NCBI GenBank assembly: GCA_964016885.1
Contig: OZ024742.1
Location: forward strand, 320,168,001-320,232,000
Length of the DNA: 64,000 nucleotides
Direction: 5' to 3'
From: Eledone cirrhosa
Taxonomy: Eukaryota
Shown here: piece by piece, positions 1-15,961 of the stretch
Layout of the letters: every line of letters starts with the position of its first letter
Position numbering within the stretch: the stretch's first letter is position 1
The notes under the pieces: generated by a model
Databases searched by the model: none
What the model saw: only the letters and a program-made list of their open reading frames with translations
What the model was told of the DNA's origin: nothing
Made by a program: the position numbers and the translations under genes

Positions 1-319
1 GTCCGGATGTGTTTCTTTTATTCATTTAATTGATTCAGTCATTAGACTGTGACCTTGTTATGGCATGCACCGCCTTAAAGTAATTATCTTTTCAAATATG
101 GTATTCATTTTATCGATCTCTTTTTGTGGAACCGCTAGATTACAGGACATATACACAGAAATAATGCAAACATAAACCCACACACACATTTACATATATC
201 CATGAGCCAAATTTTATTCACAAGGCATTGATCAACCTGAGACTACAGTCAAAGTATTTTGTTGAAGTTGCCACGCCGTGGGATGAACCTGAAATCATGT
301 GGTTACGAAGTGAACTCCT

Positions 320-575
320 TCTTCTTCTTCGCCCACTTATTCTTGAGAGGGTCGTGGGGGCAGTCCTCAAAGACTCCCTATAGTGGGTCCTGTCAGAAGC
401 AACCGTCTCCAACTAATCCGGCTGGATCCCCAAGCGTTACCAGTCAAGCTCATGGATATTATCCAACCATCTTGCTCGGTGTCTACCGCTGGGTCTTTTG
501 CCGGTTGGTTTTGTCCGTAAAATCTGTCCAGCGATTCTTTCCTGAAATATTCTAACCACATGTCCATAATATAGA
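320..575 (-). mobile_element. RTE-like LINE 3' fragment, related to 27610-27840
   Basis: Shares ggttggttttgtccgtaaaatctgtcca.cgattctttcct with 27773-27813. Confidence 0.65.
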
Positions 576-1389
576 ACTCCAGACAAATCATATGTATTTA
601 GCACTGATTAACTGATTATTAAAATAATTAATGAGCAGAGCAGTTTGAAATGGGGCCTTACATTTTAAATATGGGTCTATTACCAATTCTGGAGCCCAAT
701 ATTTCACATCTGGCTTGGGTCTATAACTCTGGAACCTTACATTTCACATTTAGTTAGAACCTGTCACTAGCATTGTACGGACCTGCCAACATCCTTGTTG
801 TTATTTCACTTTGCTGACATACGAAATGATTTTGGATACGCTATTGACATCAAAACTCATACCTCACTTTTCTTTTGAAGTAAGCTGAACTAGACATTAA
901 TTAATTAGAAAAAAAATAAAACCTTGGATCACCAAATGTCAGGCTCTTAGCTCTTCTATTTATGGCAACAGTAGGTGGATTTGTAAATATTTATCCTGAT
1001 ATTTACATACAATGTACAGGCATTCAACAAGCAGTTTCTTTCTGATTGTCTTCGTATGCATAAACAAATCCCAACCTGCTTCAATATAACACAAACTAAA
1101 AATAAAACAAAATTGTTCTTAAACTATTTACGAATTGTGTGAAAGCTATACAGAGAATATGAATGGTTACATTTTCCAAAAGTACTCTTCTGGTCATCCA
1201 CACAAACAACAACAGTTCTTACTCAGTGAAGTAACATCTGCAGTTGTTCAGAGAACAATTGCTGAAACCAAATGGCATACAAAAACCTATACACATAATG
1301 TCATGTGAATATGTCTTAAACAAAGGCTTGATTAAGTAGCCGACAAACCTCGTGTAAAATCTAAATGGTTGCTTTATTATTTGAGAACA

Positions 1390-1605
1390 GTGGATTGGCA
1401 GAATCGGTAGAGCAACGAACAAAATAGCTTGCGTTATTTAGCTACAGCTCTTTACGTTCTGTGTTCAAATCTCGCCATGGTTAGCTTTGCTTTTCATCCT
1501 TCCGGGGTCGATAAAATAAAGTACCAGTCTAGTATTGGGTCGACCTAATCGATTTTCTCTTCCCGCGAAAATTGTTGGCCTAGTGCGTAAATTAGAAACC
1601 ATTAT
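1390..1605 (+). mobile_element. tRNA-derived SINE family 1 copy
   Basis: tggcagaatcggtagagc ... gttcaaatc ... tttcatcctt.cggggtcgataaaataaagtaccag core. Other copies or fragments at about 4068-4190(-), 21770-21856, 26995-27085, 31000-31120(-), 40250-40333, 41570-41760(-), 52850-52960(-), 56650-56790(-), 58930-59047. Confidence 0.8.
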
Positions 1606-2669
1606 CTATGAACAGCTGATACGGTTTCAATTCCCATAAAAGAAATAAAATTAATTAATTTTGGTTTGGAGGGAGCAGCGATATGCCGATGGTCATCGCA
1701 AGTCCACCGGTGAGATAGATGCGTTAATATTCCATTTAGTTAGTGAAAGAATGGCCTCCTCCAAAACATTTTTGCAGAGCCCTTGAGACTGGTTGTGGGG
1801 TGGGGGAGGGAAGAATAACCCACTATTCGCACCAAAAACCTGATCGGAATTCTTGCAGCAATAAAGTGGATTCCACAAAAGGGATGTAGTGGTGTTGGTG
1901 ATAAACCGGGCAAAGATTAAGTAAGTCTACCACCCAACTAACAATAAATACATACCCAGTCCATCTTACAGGCTCCCACATAGTTTTCATCCACCCATTT
2001 TCAGTAACAACGACTTGGGTCGACCAGCCGCTATTGTAGATAGCACTTGCCCCAAAATGCTGTGCCGTGGTGGTGGGGGAATCAAAATGAATCAAAAACT
2101 AATGCCCAAATAGTCGTCGACTGAGCGTTCGACTTGTTAGTTAACGTTTAAGTGGCTGAGGATTCCGCAGATATGTGTATAGAATGGACCTTTGTCGATT
2201 TCGGCGAAGACTGTTCATGTTGTTCGATTAACGGAACAGCCGGCTCATTCCTTAACCTAATTCTCAGGGAGATTCAGTGTAACAGAAGCTCACCTTTTGA
2301 ATTACAACTACAGTTCATTTAACGGGCTTCCAAATAGTTACTGTCCATCGAATTTCCCCCATAAGGCTTGGGTTGACCCAAGGCTATGGTAAATGACATT
2401 TGCCCAATATGGGACGCAGAAGCTATGGTAAATGACACTTGCCCAATTTGGGACGCAACGAAATCCGGCCTGAGACTTCATGATTACGAAGCGAACTTTT
2501 CAGCCAGGTCGGCGTTTACACATTGGACAATGTAGTCTTTTACACACATGAAATTTGAAATGTAGGCTTCCCAATGTCAATGACTACAATAATAGTGTAT
2601 CACTATAAATAATAGTTAATAATAGGAAATCGGGTAAAGTACTCTTGAAGACTGAAAACGCGAGCAGAG

Positions 2670-2745
2670 GCTCCTGCGAGGTATCGAACCCCGCATCCTC
2701 TCGGATATCGGATGAGTACGTTAACTACTACCCTAAGAGTTCTCA
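2670..2745 (-). mobile_element. tRNA-like SINE head or tRNA pseudogene
   Basis: Minus strand has A-box-like tagggtagtag and B-box ggttcgatacc. The cloverleaf is imperfect. Confidence 0.5.
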
Positions 2746-5700
2746 ATTGTCGTCTTCTAGAATAGTCATAGGCACACTGCGGCCCATTTGGTTTTCTGAA
2801 TGGCACGCCTAATTTCAAAATTGCTTTGAAATTTTTAGTAATGTGATGTTACATCCTATGCGGCCCACTACTGGAAAAATGTTGCTCATATCTGTTCTAG
2901 AATATCTTAAGCTAGTACTTAAAAGTGTGATCATTCGGTTGATTAAAAAAAAAACAAACACATTGGGTAACTTATTTACGATTTACATTGGGACGCTTAT
3001 ATTTCAAAATTCCACAATATTTCTCAAGTCAACCCGTACGTTATGTCTCTACCCACTTCCAGCAGGGCCCTTATCACCCTCTCTTCCTCTAAACAATGCC
3101 CTATTAACTTTTATGCTGCTAACTCCTCAGTTCTGTTGCGATTCACTTTCTTACTCCATATCATCTACTCAGTATATCTTGCCTCATCCAGTCTGACTGA
3201 CTTTTATTTTCCTTATACTTGTTCGATTTAACTATCGTACATCTATTTTATTGTTATTTTTGCCATTGCCGTGTTTCGTCAGATATGGTCTCCGTTCATG
3301 TTTTGTTTACTTTATCGTTCCTTATTGCGTTCTTATACCGTTTCTTTCCGCCATATTTCTCGTCCTTTAATATACTCCAGTACAGTGTTTAACTATCGTA
3401 TTCAACATTGTGGACCTAAATAGACGCCGAATGTGTGTACGTAGCTTTCCAATTACCACGACAGATGTTTGTCCTGTTACAACTTTTTTTTATGAATTAT
3501 GCTGACGATTTTCACTCCCTTAAAGAAGGTATTTAACAATATATATATCTAACAAACGACAATCCCAGATCCTCAAGTCGCTTATTATTTGGATGGTTTG
3601 AGAAATAATGGAAATATTTGATATGAAAAATTAATTGTAATGAATCTTCCGTCAGTATCGACGGCGAGCATTCAGTTGCCCGATCAACTAAACGTCCAAA
3701 CCCGTGAATTAACTTGTAGTTGGTTGAGTATTCCACAAATACGTGTACCCTTATAGTAATTCTAAAGCTGAATGAGCATAACAGAATATGGCAAGGCTGG
3801 ACCTTTCAATTAAGGTACAATCCATCCAACAGGTTCCATGTCGACCTAATTTCATAAAAGGCTTGGGTCGAACTATATAAAACCACTTGCCCCCAAAACG
3901 CCAGTGAGATCGAACACGAACCACATAATTGCGAAGCGAACTTCTTAACCAATTGGCCATGCTGCATCCACTTGAAAAAAAAAATGTACTTTTAGTTTCA
4001 GATACCCTTATTATTTGGCTGACTGGAGAAATAACGGAAATATATTTGATTCAGACACGCACTAATAATTGTTTCTATTTTAGGCACAAGGCCAGCAATT
4101 ACTGGTACTTTATTTTATCGACCCCGTAAGGATGAAAGGCAAAGTTAACCTCGGCCGGATTTGAACTCAGATCATAAAGGGACGTAACGTTTCTAATTTA
4201 TGCACAAAGCCAACAATTGTGTGCGTTGGGTGGTGAGAGTCTATTAAATCAATTCCAATACTCGACTCGGGCGAGGATGAAAAGCAAAATTGATCATGTG
4301 GGATTTAAAATCAGAGTGTGAAGTGTCGGAACAAATATTGAAAATCATTTTGTTCGACTCTCAAATGATTGTGTCAATTTATCACCATGGCACGAATTAA
4401 TAACGGTTTCTGATCTTGGCACAAGGTCAACAATATTTTTTTGGGTGGGTAAGAGAAAATAAACCGTGTAACTTAGAACGTAGAGCAGGAACAAATGTCG
4501 CAAAGCATTTTATCCAACACTACTACCGATTGTGCCAATCCACCGCACTAATAAAAAATCAACTGAATCAAACCTTTCAGCTATTAATTATATTATGGCA
4601 GTTTTCAGATTAAAGAAAACTAGATCAAAAATAGGAAACGAAGTCTCCATTCCTGATACTATCTACTGGTTGCGACTCTTGACAGGTGGTGGTATATTCG
4701 AGGATGACTTGGGGTTAAACAGCACTTACTTGAAACATAGCAAGTATTATCTATCACAATAATTGAATTGGTAGAATAGTATACTTTGGTAATTATCACA
4801 CTTGATTGACAGATAGAATTGTAGCATTGAGTACGACTCACACCAAGATTCTTTTACTGGTTTTAGACATTAGTGAAGAATCAACTTGATTCCTGCCTGT
4901 ATGAGGAAGAGTAAGATTCCGTCTTCTCAAGTCATACCAAACTCAATTTTATAAATTTTGCCGACGACAGACCACTACCAATATACTGTTTCTAGCGTGG
5001 AAGGCAGTTTAACCCTCTCCAACACATCTGGAAATTTTACCGCGTCTAGGGCAAAAGTTGCGTAAACCATAAGCCAAAACGTTTTTTTTCAAAATGGAGA
5101 TGCACCTACGAGGCTGAGAAGTATGGTAACTTCGATACCCCCCCCCCCCCTCAATAAAACATTGATCTAGAATAGATGAACCATATACCTCTTAAGAGAT
5201 GACTAAAGGGGCTATGCCAAGGTCTGTAAAACATTAACTAAAAAGCTATCATGGAGTCCGCAAGGCTAACTTACTTCAGCAGGGAAAATCAACCAGCCAA
5301 AGGATTTGTCCACAAGACCAGAAACTCAATGTCACCTCACCTTAGAAAAGCTCTATCATCCTGTAACAATTCCAAAGGTACAAACAGAGATGAATTACAT
5401 AAAAGATAGGATCACAGCTAATGTTCTAAATGGGCCACCATTCCAATCAGTCAGCTAATGTATTTCTATTCGACAGCATGTCGAAACCCCTACACCTCGA
5501 GTTTTCACATCATTGGTGACAATTACGATACATAAACTCAAGTAAAGACGCCTAGCTTAGTGGTGTTCCTGTAATCCTAAGGGTCAGTCTTGTCACGTTG
5601 AATCTCCGCAAGATCCGTGTTGGTAGAAAGCTCAGCCAATTACATTAATTTCATCTGCAGGCTGTTGTAAACACAGGAACAAATGAAAGTAACACGTGTA

Positions 5701-7843
5701 AACCTAGATTGGTTGGAGCTACTTACTTTCATTTATCACCTTGTCTGTATTGCACATCTAAAAAGAATTGAATTGTTAGTCATATTGATGACTACAGCTA
5801 TTTAGCTGGTGTACATTTTCGTAAAGCTGATCGTCTTAGAACCTCTTCCTGTAACTTAGAATCCTTTTGTTAAAGGAATAGATATCCATTGGTTTTGATG
5901 AATGTTCCAGTTGTTCATGACAAGGCTGTCTTTTTGAATTACAGGTATAGTCCATTGCACAGGCTTCTAACCAATTTCTGTCTAATTTCACTCAAACCTG
6001 TGATAAAAGACTTGTCCAAGATGCCATGCTACATCACCCTTTGGCAAGACTCGACATGATAAAATAAGCAAGCAGAGAGAGATAGTGGAACCAACGAGTC
6101 TCTTTCAAAGGCTACAGAACCTGCAAAAAAATAGCTTAGGTCTTCTTTAAATTAGTCAGATAATCTAGGCTTTAAGACATATCTTAGCAATTTCATTTAC
6201 TAAAGAAATTAGATAATTCTCAGACCTGCTTGATCCAGGCTGACCTATGGGTTAAATCTAATTCTTATTGTCCCTAACTTGAACAATACCATCTCTTTAT
6301 AGATAAAGCTATCTGATGTAGTTTTGAAAGTGTAAGAATACTGCCAAGTATGCTTAAATACAATACTTAGCATTTACCATAAACGGAAGCCACAGGAAAA
6401 TATTGCCAACAGCAAATTCCGTATGTGTGAGAATAAGTTCAAGATCCTACTTGATTGGTTCTACCACCCACAATGTGAATTAGTACAATCTGGTAGCAAT
6501 GATGAATGTGTTTGGCAAAAAAAAAAAAAAAAAAAAAAAATCCAATGGTGTAAAGTCTGCTAGCTAAGAACTAAACCTGTAAACCAATTCTAGGGCAGTG
6601 TTTGCATAATGGATCATACCCGTCAAAGATATCTTAGTAATTCACCTACATTTAATATACGGCACATAAAAACCTGACTGCACTGTAGTGGTGCCAGTAC
6701 CACATCCAAAAGCACCCATGGTACAAGTCAAACGATTGGCATTATGCAAAACGATCCAAGAGCAAGAGGCAGTCACTTGACCTAGATTCAGTACATGGCA
6801 GCCTGTTGAACCTATGCAAACATGGAAGTTAAACTACTGATGACAATATAACTTCAAAATGTCAGTAAAGAACATGACAGTGCAACTGTCACAAATAGTA
6901 CATTGGGAAAAATCAAAACACTAATTATTGACAGAACCTGCATAGAAGACTTATGTGCATCTTTGTATATTCTTTGAGTTTATGATTGACTAAAAACCTT
7001 AAAAAGGCAGTGGTGAAATAGAATAAGAGAAAGTTATTCCGTTTAATATCCTTTAAATTACTTACTGGGTGTTAATAAAACATGTTCACACTGGTTTATC
7101 TCGGGTCAAACTTTCAAAGCCCAGAAAGTTTAAGCGATAAAGATAATTAACCACCAAAGAACATCTGCTTGCAGTCGTGTGACCTCAAAGTAAAGAGTTC
7201 TTTAGTCGGTGTTCCAGAACAATTTAAACACCATCTAAATGAGAAAATTTACACAAATCAAATAGTGCAGTTAATGATAAATTTAAAGCTACACACCCCA
7301 CTCCCAAACTGATCTGTAAGTGATATAGAGTTCTTTGATAAAATACATAGTATTTAGTTAAGTAGCTGGCTTTAGCAAAGGCATTCGAAAAATAGGCTTT
7401 TAGTATTAAGTGTTGGAATTCAGTCTGTACCAATGTAGGAAAAGCATGTCCACTTATATCAAATCAAAATAATTAGAGTTCATCTTCAAATTCCATAGCA
7501 CCAATCACAAGAGTGCAAGATGAAATTTGACCCAATGTTTTGGTTATCTAAATAGATGTTCCATTTGTGTGTCACTATTCACATGTATGGTGGGTAGATT
7601 CACCACAGCTGATAACTTAAATATATCTTTAAATGAATTGCACTCAAGATTCATTACTACTAAGTTTAAACCTGCACAAGACTACCATATAACTCTTTAG
7701 CATTTAAACCAGCTGTATCCGGCCAGAATTCTCACTTTTTTTCTGTTCAAACATGCTGTTGTAACTTATGTTAAGATATTGTTCTCAAAATCTCGATTCA
7801 ATATGCGAGATAAAGCCTTTGCCGTGAAAATACAACAGTGCGT

Positions 7844-7893
<50 letters not shown>

Positions 7894-10649
7894 ATGTAAA
7901 TGCTACTAGGTTAATGAGTTACTTTATATCAGTCTAAGTTTGATTACTTTTTAAAATTAGAAAGTACAGGCAGTACATTTCCATGTTGGAAAAGAAAAGG
8001 GTAAAAAAAAAAAAAATTTGCCCCTATCTTATTGATTGTCAGACCTGCAGAATTATGAAAAACAAAATGCTATGGGGAGGGGGTTTATTTGTTGAAAATT
8101 GAAAAGTTATGCTAAACCACGAAATTAATGCAGTTGAGTGGAGTCTGCCAAAGATACCCAAGAATCAGCTGGTGGTGTTAAACCAAATAGATTAAGCTCA
8201 CCACCCAGAATGCAAATTCTGGCATGCACTAACCATAACTTTACTCCATAATCAAAATTGTTACTCTAAAATACAAAAGCAGTTGTTTATCGGTCTCATA
8301 CCTAAGGTGCTTCTTCTGTACATGCCAGTCACCTTAAGTACTGAGAACCACCCTATTAGATTTGAAAAAGCATGCACATGCATATTTTAGAAATACCAAC
8401 CTGTCATTAAAGTGCTTTTCATAGAACCAATATTTTGTTTAAATTTTTACAAATTTGACAATTCACATTCACAGAATTGCAGAAAAACAGACTTAGTGCC
8501 TGTCTCCAAAACTAAGTAGGCATCAAACCTAACAAGACCTACCAATATAAAACTTTTTCAAAGTCTAACTTAAAAAAAAAAAGAAGAAAAAAAAAAGAAC
8601 CGTTAACCCCTTTTGATAGTAACCCGCTCCTGGTTCTACGGTACAACCAACAATAGTAGCAGCTGCTTACTAATGGAGTTTATTACTAAAATCTAACATT
8701 AGCAGTGTATTTCACTAGAAATTTGGTAAGGGGTTATGTCCGAAACATCAAATTAACATCTTATAATGGTGTAGCAGAAAATATCTAAATTGGTTTCCTA
8801 AATCATAACTCAAATTTTTGTGAAAATCTGTATTTAAGATCAAAACGTCCTGTATAACAAACATTAAAGTTGATGACATTATTAGCATCTTTCAGAGGTT
8901 TAATTACAAAAATGGTTTGTTCATAGTATTCTGACAAGTTTTCACTTCATTAAAAAATTTGAGAACAATCCAGAAGCCTACATGCAACTAAACCTAATTG
9001 TCTTTCCCTATTTCCAGCTAGTTTCAAACACACTATTCCAGAATTACGTATTTTAACTATCTAGTAAGTGGACTTGTACAGACCAGGAAAATAGAATGCT
9101 AGCAATGAAACATCTCATACATAATCCATAAACCAAACTGCCTGAATATTTCCTGATTTTATGCATATCTAAAAAGAAAACCCTGCCATCATAATTTTAT
9201 AAGCACTTAAGTTGTGCTATACACTAAATCTTTCCAAAATAGACATTTTTCCTTAGAAATATGGTAATGAAAGGGTTATGGAAATTTGTTCAATGTTCAA
9301 GTCACTCAATCATTGACATCCACAATCCAAACACTTTCCATACTGTAAGGAATATAAATTCCAAAGTAAGGTTATTCTAAATTGTTCAAACAATTGGGAT
9401 AAAGTTGTTCCACGTGCACAAATATACTAGCTTAATCCAATCAGAATTAAACTCCTCAATGTGAGAGGAAGAAAAAAAAAAAAAATAAAATAAAATAAAA
9501 TAAATAAATCAAAAAGGCTATAAAGATAATCTAAACTGAAAATATTCTCGAACTATCATATTAGTAGAAACCCACTAAATTAAACATTATCCAGTTCTCA
9601 TTACATTAAAATGTACAACTGTGGTCCAATGGCTAATTGGAGATTGCAAGCTGAGCATTGACAAAGGCCCATAAGAAAAATCCTAATAAATATATAACCA
9701 AACAAACATTTACACATTTGAAAGTTTAAACCGAGACATGAGCCAAATGTTTTCTACTCAAGGGCCAGGTGATCAGTGTTAAACTGGATGATCACGACTA
9801 CCATTAAAGTTACAAAGGACTACTTCAGACAACCAAGAACCAGGGTAAAACCGGGCAAATTAAGCCTACCACCTAAATAGGTTACAATGTAACTTGAATT
9901 AAGAATGCAAATAGGAGCAAGTTCTGACTTCCATTATAACCACCTTGATTATCAGTTAACCATAAGACATTTCCATTTCAATTCACAACCTACTTAATAT
10001 CTAGCTAGCTAGCAATAAACCCACGAAAAAAAAAAAAAAACATGTCATTTTCACGCTTAACCTAAAATAAGGGGTCAAAATCTAAGCAAAAAATTAAGCC
10101 TTCTATAAAAGAATGTCAAAGACCACTGGCTAAGTGCATCATTAATTTTCATGATGGAAAATGCTAATGGTTTTTTTATAGCCAGCCAATCACTTTCACA
10201 GAGAAAGAATAGGCCCACGCAAGCGCATACTCCAGTTACATTAGCTTTTGTAATATAATGTAGTGGATGGTGAACAATGAATTAGATGAATGGAAACTAG
10301 ATAAGGCAGCCGACAGACACGAGGGGGAGGAGAGTACAATGAAAGAGATAAGAAATTGAAGCAGATGTCAATGTTTGTCATACATTTTTATAAAAGCCAT
10401 ATTTGGCATTGAGATTTTAGAAGGAAAAAAGTAAATTTTAGCCCATATAGAATCATTTGTTCACAGATGGGCTATGACAAGTACATGTGGATAACTTGCA
10501 CTTCATATTGGATACGAAAGAAAACTAAATTGCAATATTAGAAATAACCAAAGACCCAAATCTTAATAGAATCATATATAGTAGTTAATCAGTAAATGAA
10601 ATGGGTATTATTCCTTCTGAAAACCCATTCACACAGACTAAAAATACTC

Positions 10650-10746
10650 CATTTAAATACCTTTTAAGAATATTCTCCAATACGATAACTTAACTAACAT
10701 TTAAATACCTTTTAAAAATATTCTCCAATACGATAACTTAACTAAC
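10650..10746. repeat. Tandem duplication of a ~48 bp unit
   Basis: catttaaataccttttaa(g/a)aatattctccaatacgataacttaactaa occurs twice in a row. Confidence 0.85.
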
Positions 10747-10856
10747 AAAAATCAAAATGTTGGCAAAACTCTAAACTATTCAAACATGCACTGGTATATA
10801 TGTATCTATATACCTAAGAAAAATATAGGAAAAATTACTTCACAAAAAAAAAAAAA

Positions 10857-10862
10857 TTTATT
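10857..10862 (-). terminator. Candidate polyadenylation signal of actin (AATAAA followed by T-rich tract)
   Basis: TTTATT on + strand about 445 bp past the stop codon, followed on the minus strand by a T-run/TG element. Confidence 0.5.
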
Positions 10863-11155
10863 GCATAAATATTGGCTCAAATGGCACCTGAGAATGTTGT
10901 AAGTAGGAGAGATTAGGTAAAAAAAGACAACAAAAGATGTTTTGTGGGGAAATATTTGCATATTATCCTGAAATAAAATATAATTATAGGCATAAGAATC
11001 AATCAGCAGACAACATGGTTTGCGGTGACTTGTAAATGGAATCCTTCGAAACAAACATAACAGCAGCATGGTAATCTGTCACTGTAGCACCAGAGTACAC
11101 ATCTAGGTCTCTTGCTTAGCATTAGTTATTCTTGTTAGAGGAGAGAAGGGAGCAT

Positions 11156-11194
<39 letters not shown>

Positions 11195-11306
11195 GAATGA
11201 AAGAAGAGAAAGAAGGGTCATTTTAGTTAGGATCCATTGGGTTGCTGCAAGCAGAATTTTCTTAATGAGTTTCTTAGATGTTTGTGCTGGAAGTTAAGCT
11301 ATGTAC

Positions 11307-12311
<1,005 letters not shown>

Positions 12312-15070
12312 CTACAAATAAAAACAAAAAGTGTCAATATCATGTAAACGAGGAGTAATCTATAAATACAACATTCATATAGATTCGATTGCTCAAGGAA
12401 ACACCACATCACCCGGTCTGAGAATTGAACTCAACCTTTCGATTGCAAGGCCAATGCTCTAACCACTAAGCCATGTGCCTCAATGACCTATATATGACGC
12501 ATAATGAATCATTCAAAGCCTTGGTAGATCCAATGCAACGAAAGACCTGCGAAGCTACGAACGGGTATCATTAGAATTACCCAAACGCCTTCAATCTATC
12601 TTGAATAGTCACCCAAAAGGAAATGGTTAAAGTAGGTCGGCTTGCTCAAACAAACGACCTGGGGCTAAATACAACCAGACCGACCATAGATTATATATTC
12701 ATGAACCGAACATTCACAGCAGATCTTTAAAACTGGACCGACAGCTTGTGATTAAACATTCCACAAAACACCCAATAGCATAAATGAACACCACTGCGAA
12801 AGTCGTCTCATCAATCCATTCGCCACTTATCCTACATTCTTTTCCTCACTTCAAAAGTATTATTTTAACATTGAACAGCAATAGACAATGAACGAGCATA
12901 TATATTACATACAGAAAAGGAGATTGATGTCAGCTGAAACTTTACACCAGGAAAATTAATTGAAGAAAAAGGCGACAAAGAAAAACATTTTATATCGGAC
13001 ATGTACGAAAATGTAAAAGGAAACGTATAAAACTGTTTGTTTTATGTAAACCAGCTTAGTGTTAATGCTACCACTAGATTTTTAAAAATCAAAATTTTCC
13101 GCTTCGTAGTTGAATGTCAAGGATACGAAACGACTGGCATTGACAAGGAAAAAAAAAAAAAAAAAAAAAAAGTTTCCACGGGTCTTAAAAAAGATTCAAG
13201 TGATAGATTATACAGTCGCACTTAATTTTACAGAAAGGAAGTGGTTGGTTAGTTGAAGCGAAGAACGATGTCTAAGCCATCTGAGTTAATTGGCTTTGTT
13301 TTACACGATAAAATTCAAATCCTTGAAAACTAACCCCCCCCCCCCCTCCCTCCTCTTTAATCTTTATACGGATAGGTAGGTGAAACAAACGAACTAATAG
13401 TCTGATCCATGTATTTCTTCCTACAACCGTGTTCTGCACAGAATTAGGCCCAGATAATACGAGCCAGCCAAGTGATCTACCAATGAACATGCAGACCCAC
13501 TCCCACATCTAGCTTAACAAGAGCAGAATCACTATTGAAGCAGCTACAATGATTGAGGGGGGGGGGGGGAGATAAAACCACTGAGAAATATGGAGGAGGT
13601 ACTGATACACCCACAACCCTACCACCACTATGAACAGACAAGGCGAGTGTCAAATTTGTTTGAACTTGCCGTAAGTTGACTTGAGATTCGTATTTACTAA
13701 AAAAAAAAAAAAAGTCATTGTCACTGGAAAGAACGTTAATTTGTATGGTAATGTTCAATGCTTGCGAGTAAAGCAGCTAAGTTCGGTGTAGGCGTAGTCT
13801 ATCATTCTGGCTCGAATTCCGATTGGAGCTAATTTAATTTACATCACTACTCTTGAGATTTGCAACAAGACCCCCTACTCCCTATTTTCAGTGATTTAAA
13901 GCTCGTGCACTTATAGATATATAAATATATATATAAAAAAAACTCACCCCCCGGTCTTGAGTGGGAGACGAAAACCGGAAAAAAAAAACAAAAAAAAAAA
14001 AAACCCTGCTAGTCAGACTGCACACCCGCCCCATGTTAAGCCTTGATCGTCACGAGGTCCAAGTTAAAGTAATTTACCTTTTATAAGTCGCAAATTAAGT
14101 GTATTAGATTTTCAGAGAGCAAGAAATACTATTTATAATGATACTTTCCCAAAAGCATTGAATGCGCAAATAAGTTGGTGGAGGGGGACCCGAACCATTC
14201 TTGAAAACGGTGCAGTTCAGTCCATTTTCCATACCATTTCCAAACTAACGCCCAAGATAGGATATTTTATAATTGATATGAAACTTATAGAGAATGACAT
14301 TGGTGGAAGTAATGACGTCAACATCATTCTCAAAAGGAATTAAATCACTAAAATATTTTTAATGGGCGTGTGGGATAGGATTTAAACATTCATGATGTAA
14401 AAACCACCTTACAGTGAATCTGAATCCAAGTAAAAATTTGCGAGGCTAACAAAAAAAAAATAAAATGTTTTATTTAGATTACCATTTTATTCACCAAGTG
14501 GTATTTGAATAAGAAAAGTCTGCACTGCACACTATACGTAAATCCCCAATTTGGCTGCTCGTGGTTTAGCCTAAATTATGAGTTAGCTATGCGAGGAGGG
14601 GAAATGTCAGATTTAGCATTAATGGTCTTATTAAAGGAGAGAGGGCAGCCGGCCAGCCAAGCAAGCGAACAGCAAGTCAGGCTTGGAGGAAATCTTTCGT
14701 TACACATCGGAGCACGGTGTCAGCAGAAGCCTTTCTATGAACCGAGATAGGAGAGGAAGGTGATTGTCTTAGAGAACTAAGAGAGTAAATAGCAAGCAGT
14801 CGGTGGGTGCCACTTTGAATGCGAGGAAGTTGCCTGTGTGTCAGAAAGAGTGCGTACGCGTGAGAACAAGGGTGTATATATGCGTGTGTGAGAAATGGAG
14901 TGTATGCGTGTGTGAGAGGGTGAGTGTAGAAGTGTAGCAAGTCTTTCCTTTGTTCGTGAAAAAAGTCTGAACACGAAATGATTAAATTTAGCATGAAATA
15001 TTTTACAAACAATTCACCCGCATATAGCAGAGGAGCAATTGAATTTAACCAGCTTATATATGAATTTAAC

Positions 15071-15116
<46 letters not shown>

Positions 15117-15472
15117 ATAATATATTATATATATATATAATATATTATATATATATATATATGTGTGTGCGAAAAGAGGGGAAATAAAATACTTTTTCCA
15201 CGATTATTAAATCGTAAAATGTTTTAAACTAAAAGATTAACAAAAAAAAACAAAAAAAAAAAAAAAGAAATTATGAAACCTTAAGAGAAAAAGAGATATT
15301 AAATTATATGTAACCACCCACTCGCACGTGAATCAAATCCAGTTCAATGAAAATTTACCGGCGAGACTAATTACATATAGCAAAAAATCCATAACCTTAA
15401 AAAAAAAAAAAAACTTAATACATTTAATTATATATTTTAAATGAAGAAAATCTTATTAGGAAGTAGAGTTCA

Positions 15473-15646
<174 letters not shown>

Positions 15647-15796
15647 TTAAAGAGAAGTTGAAAAAAAGATTGCTCTTGTTCAAAAAGTACTGCCTAAAAG
15701 TAATATGGCGCGAGAAGGATTCGGTGATGTGGCCGCCGCAAAGGAGTGCTACAGACTGACTGGAGTGACGTCTCCTCACATAGAGAGTCGTTATTT

Positions 15797-15807
15797 CCTT
15801 TATATGG
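15797..15807 (-). promoter_or_regulatory. Actin TATA box in CArG-like context (CCATATAAAGG)
   Basis: TATAAA about 185 bp upstream of the ATG. Inr-like TCACT/TCAGT motifs lie about 35-45 bp downstream. Confidence 0.6.
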
Positions 15808-15900
15808 AAGTTGAATTCTCGTGATACTTAGTTGAATGGAAGTGGGGGGTGGCAGTGTGAGGCAAATAATTAATGAATTTATTTAAACTCACACACATAT

Positions 15901-15961
<61 letters not shown>

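Noticed and set aside
15797-15807. Canonical CArG (SRF) box
   Set aside because: It has seven A/T between CC and GG rather than six, so it is kept only as a TATA box.
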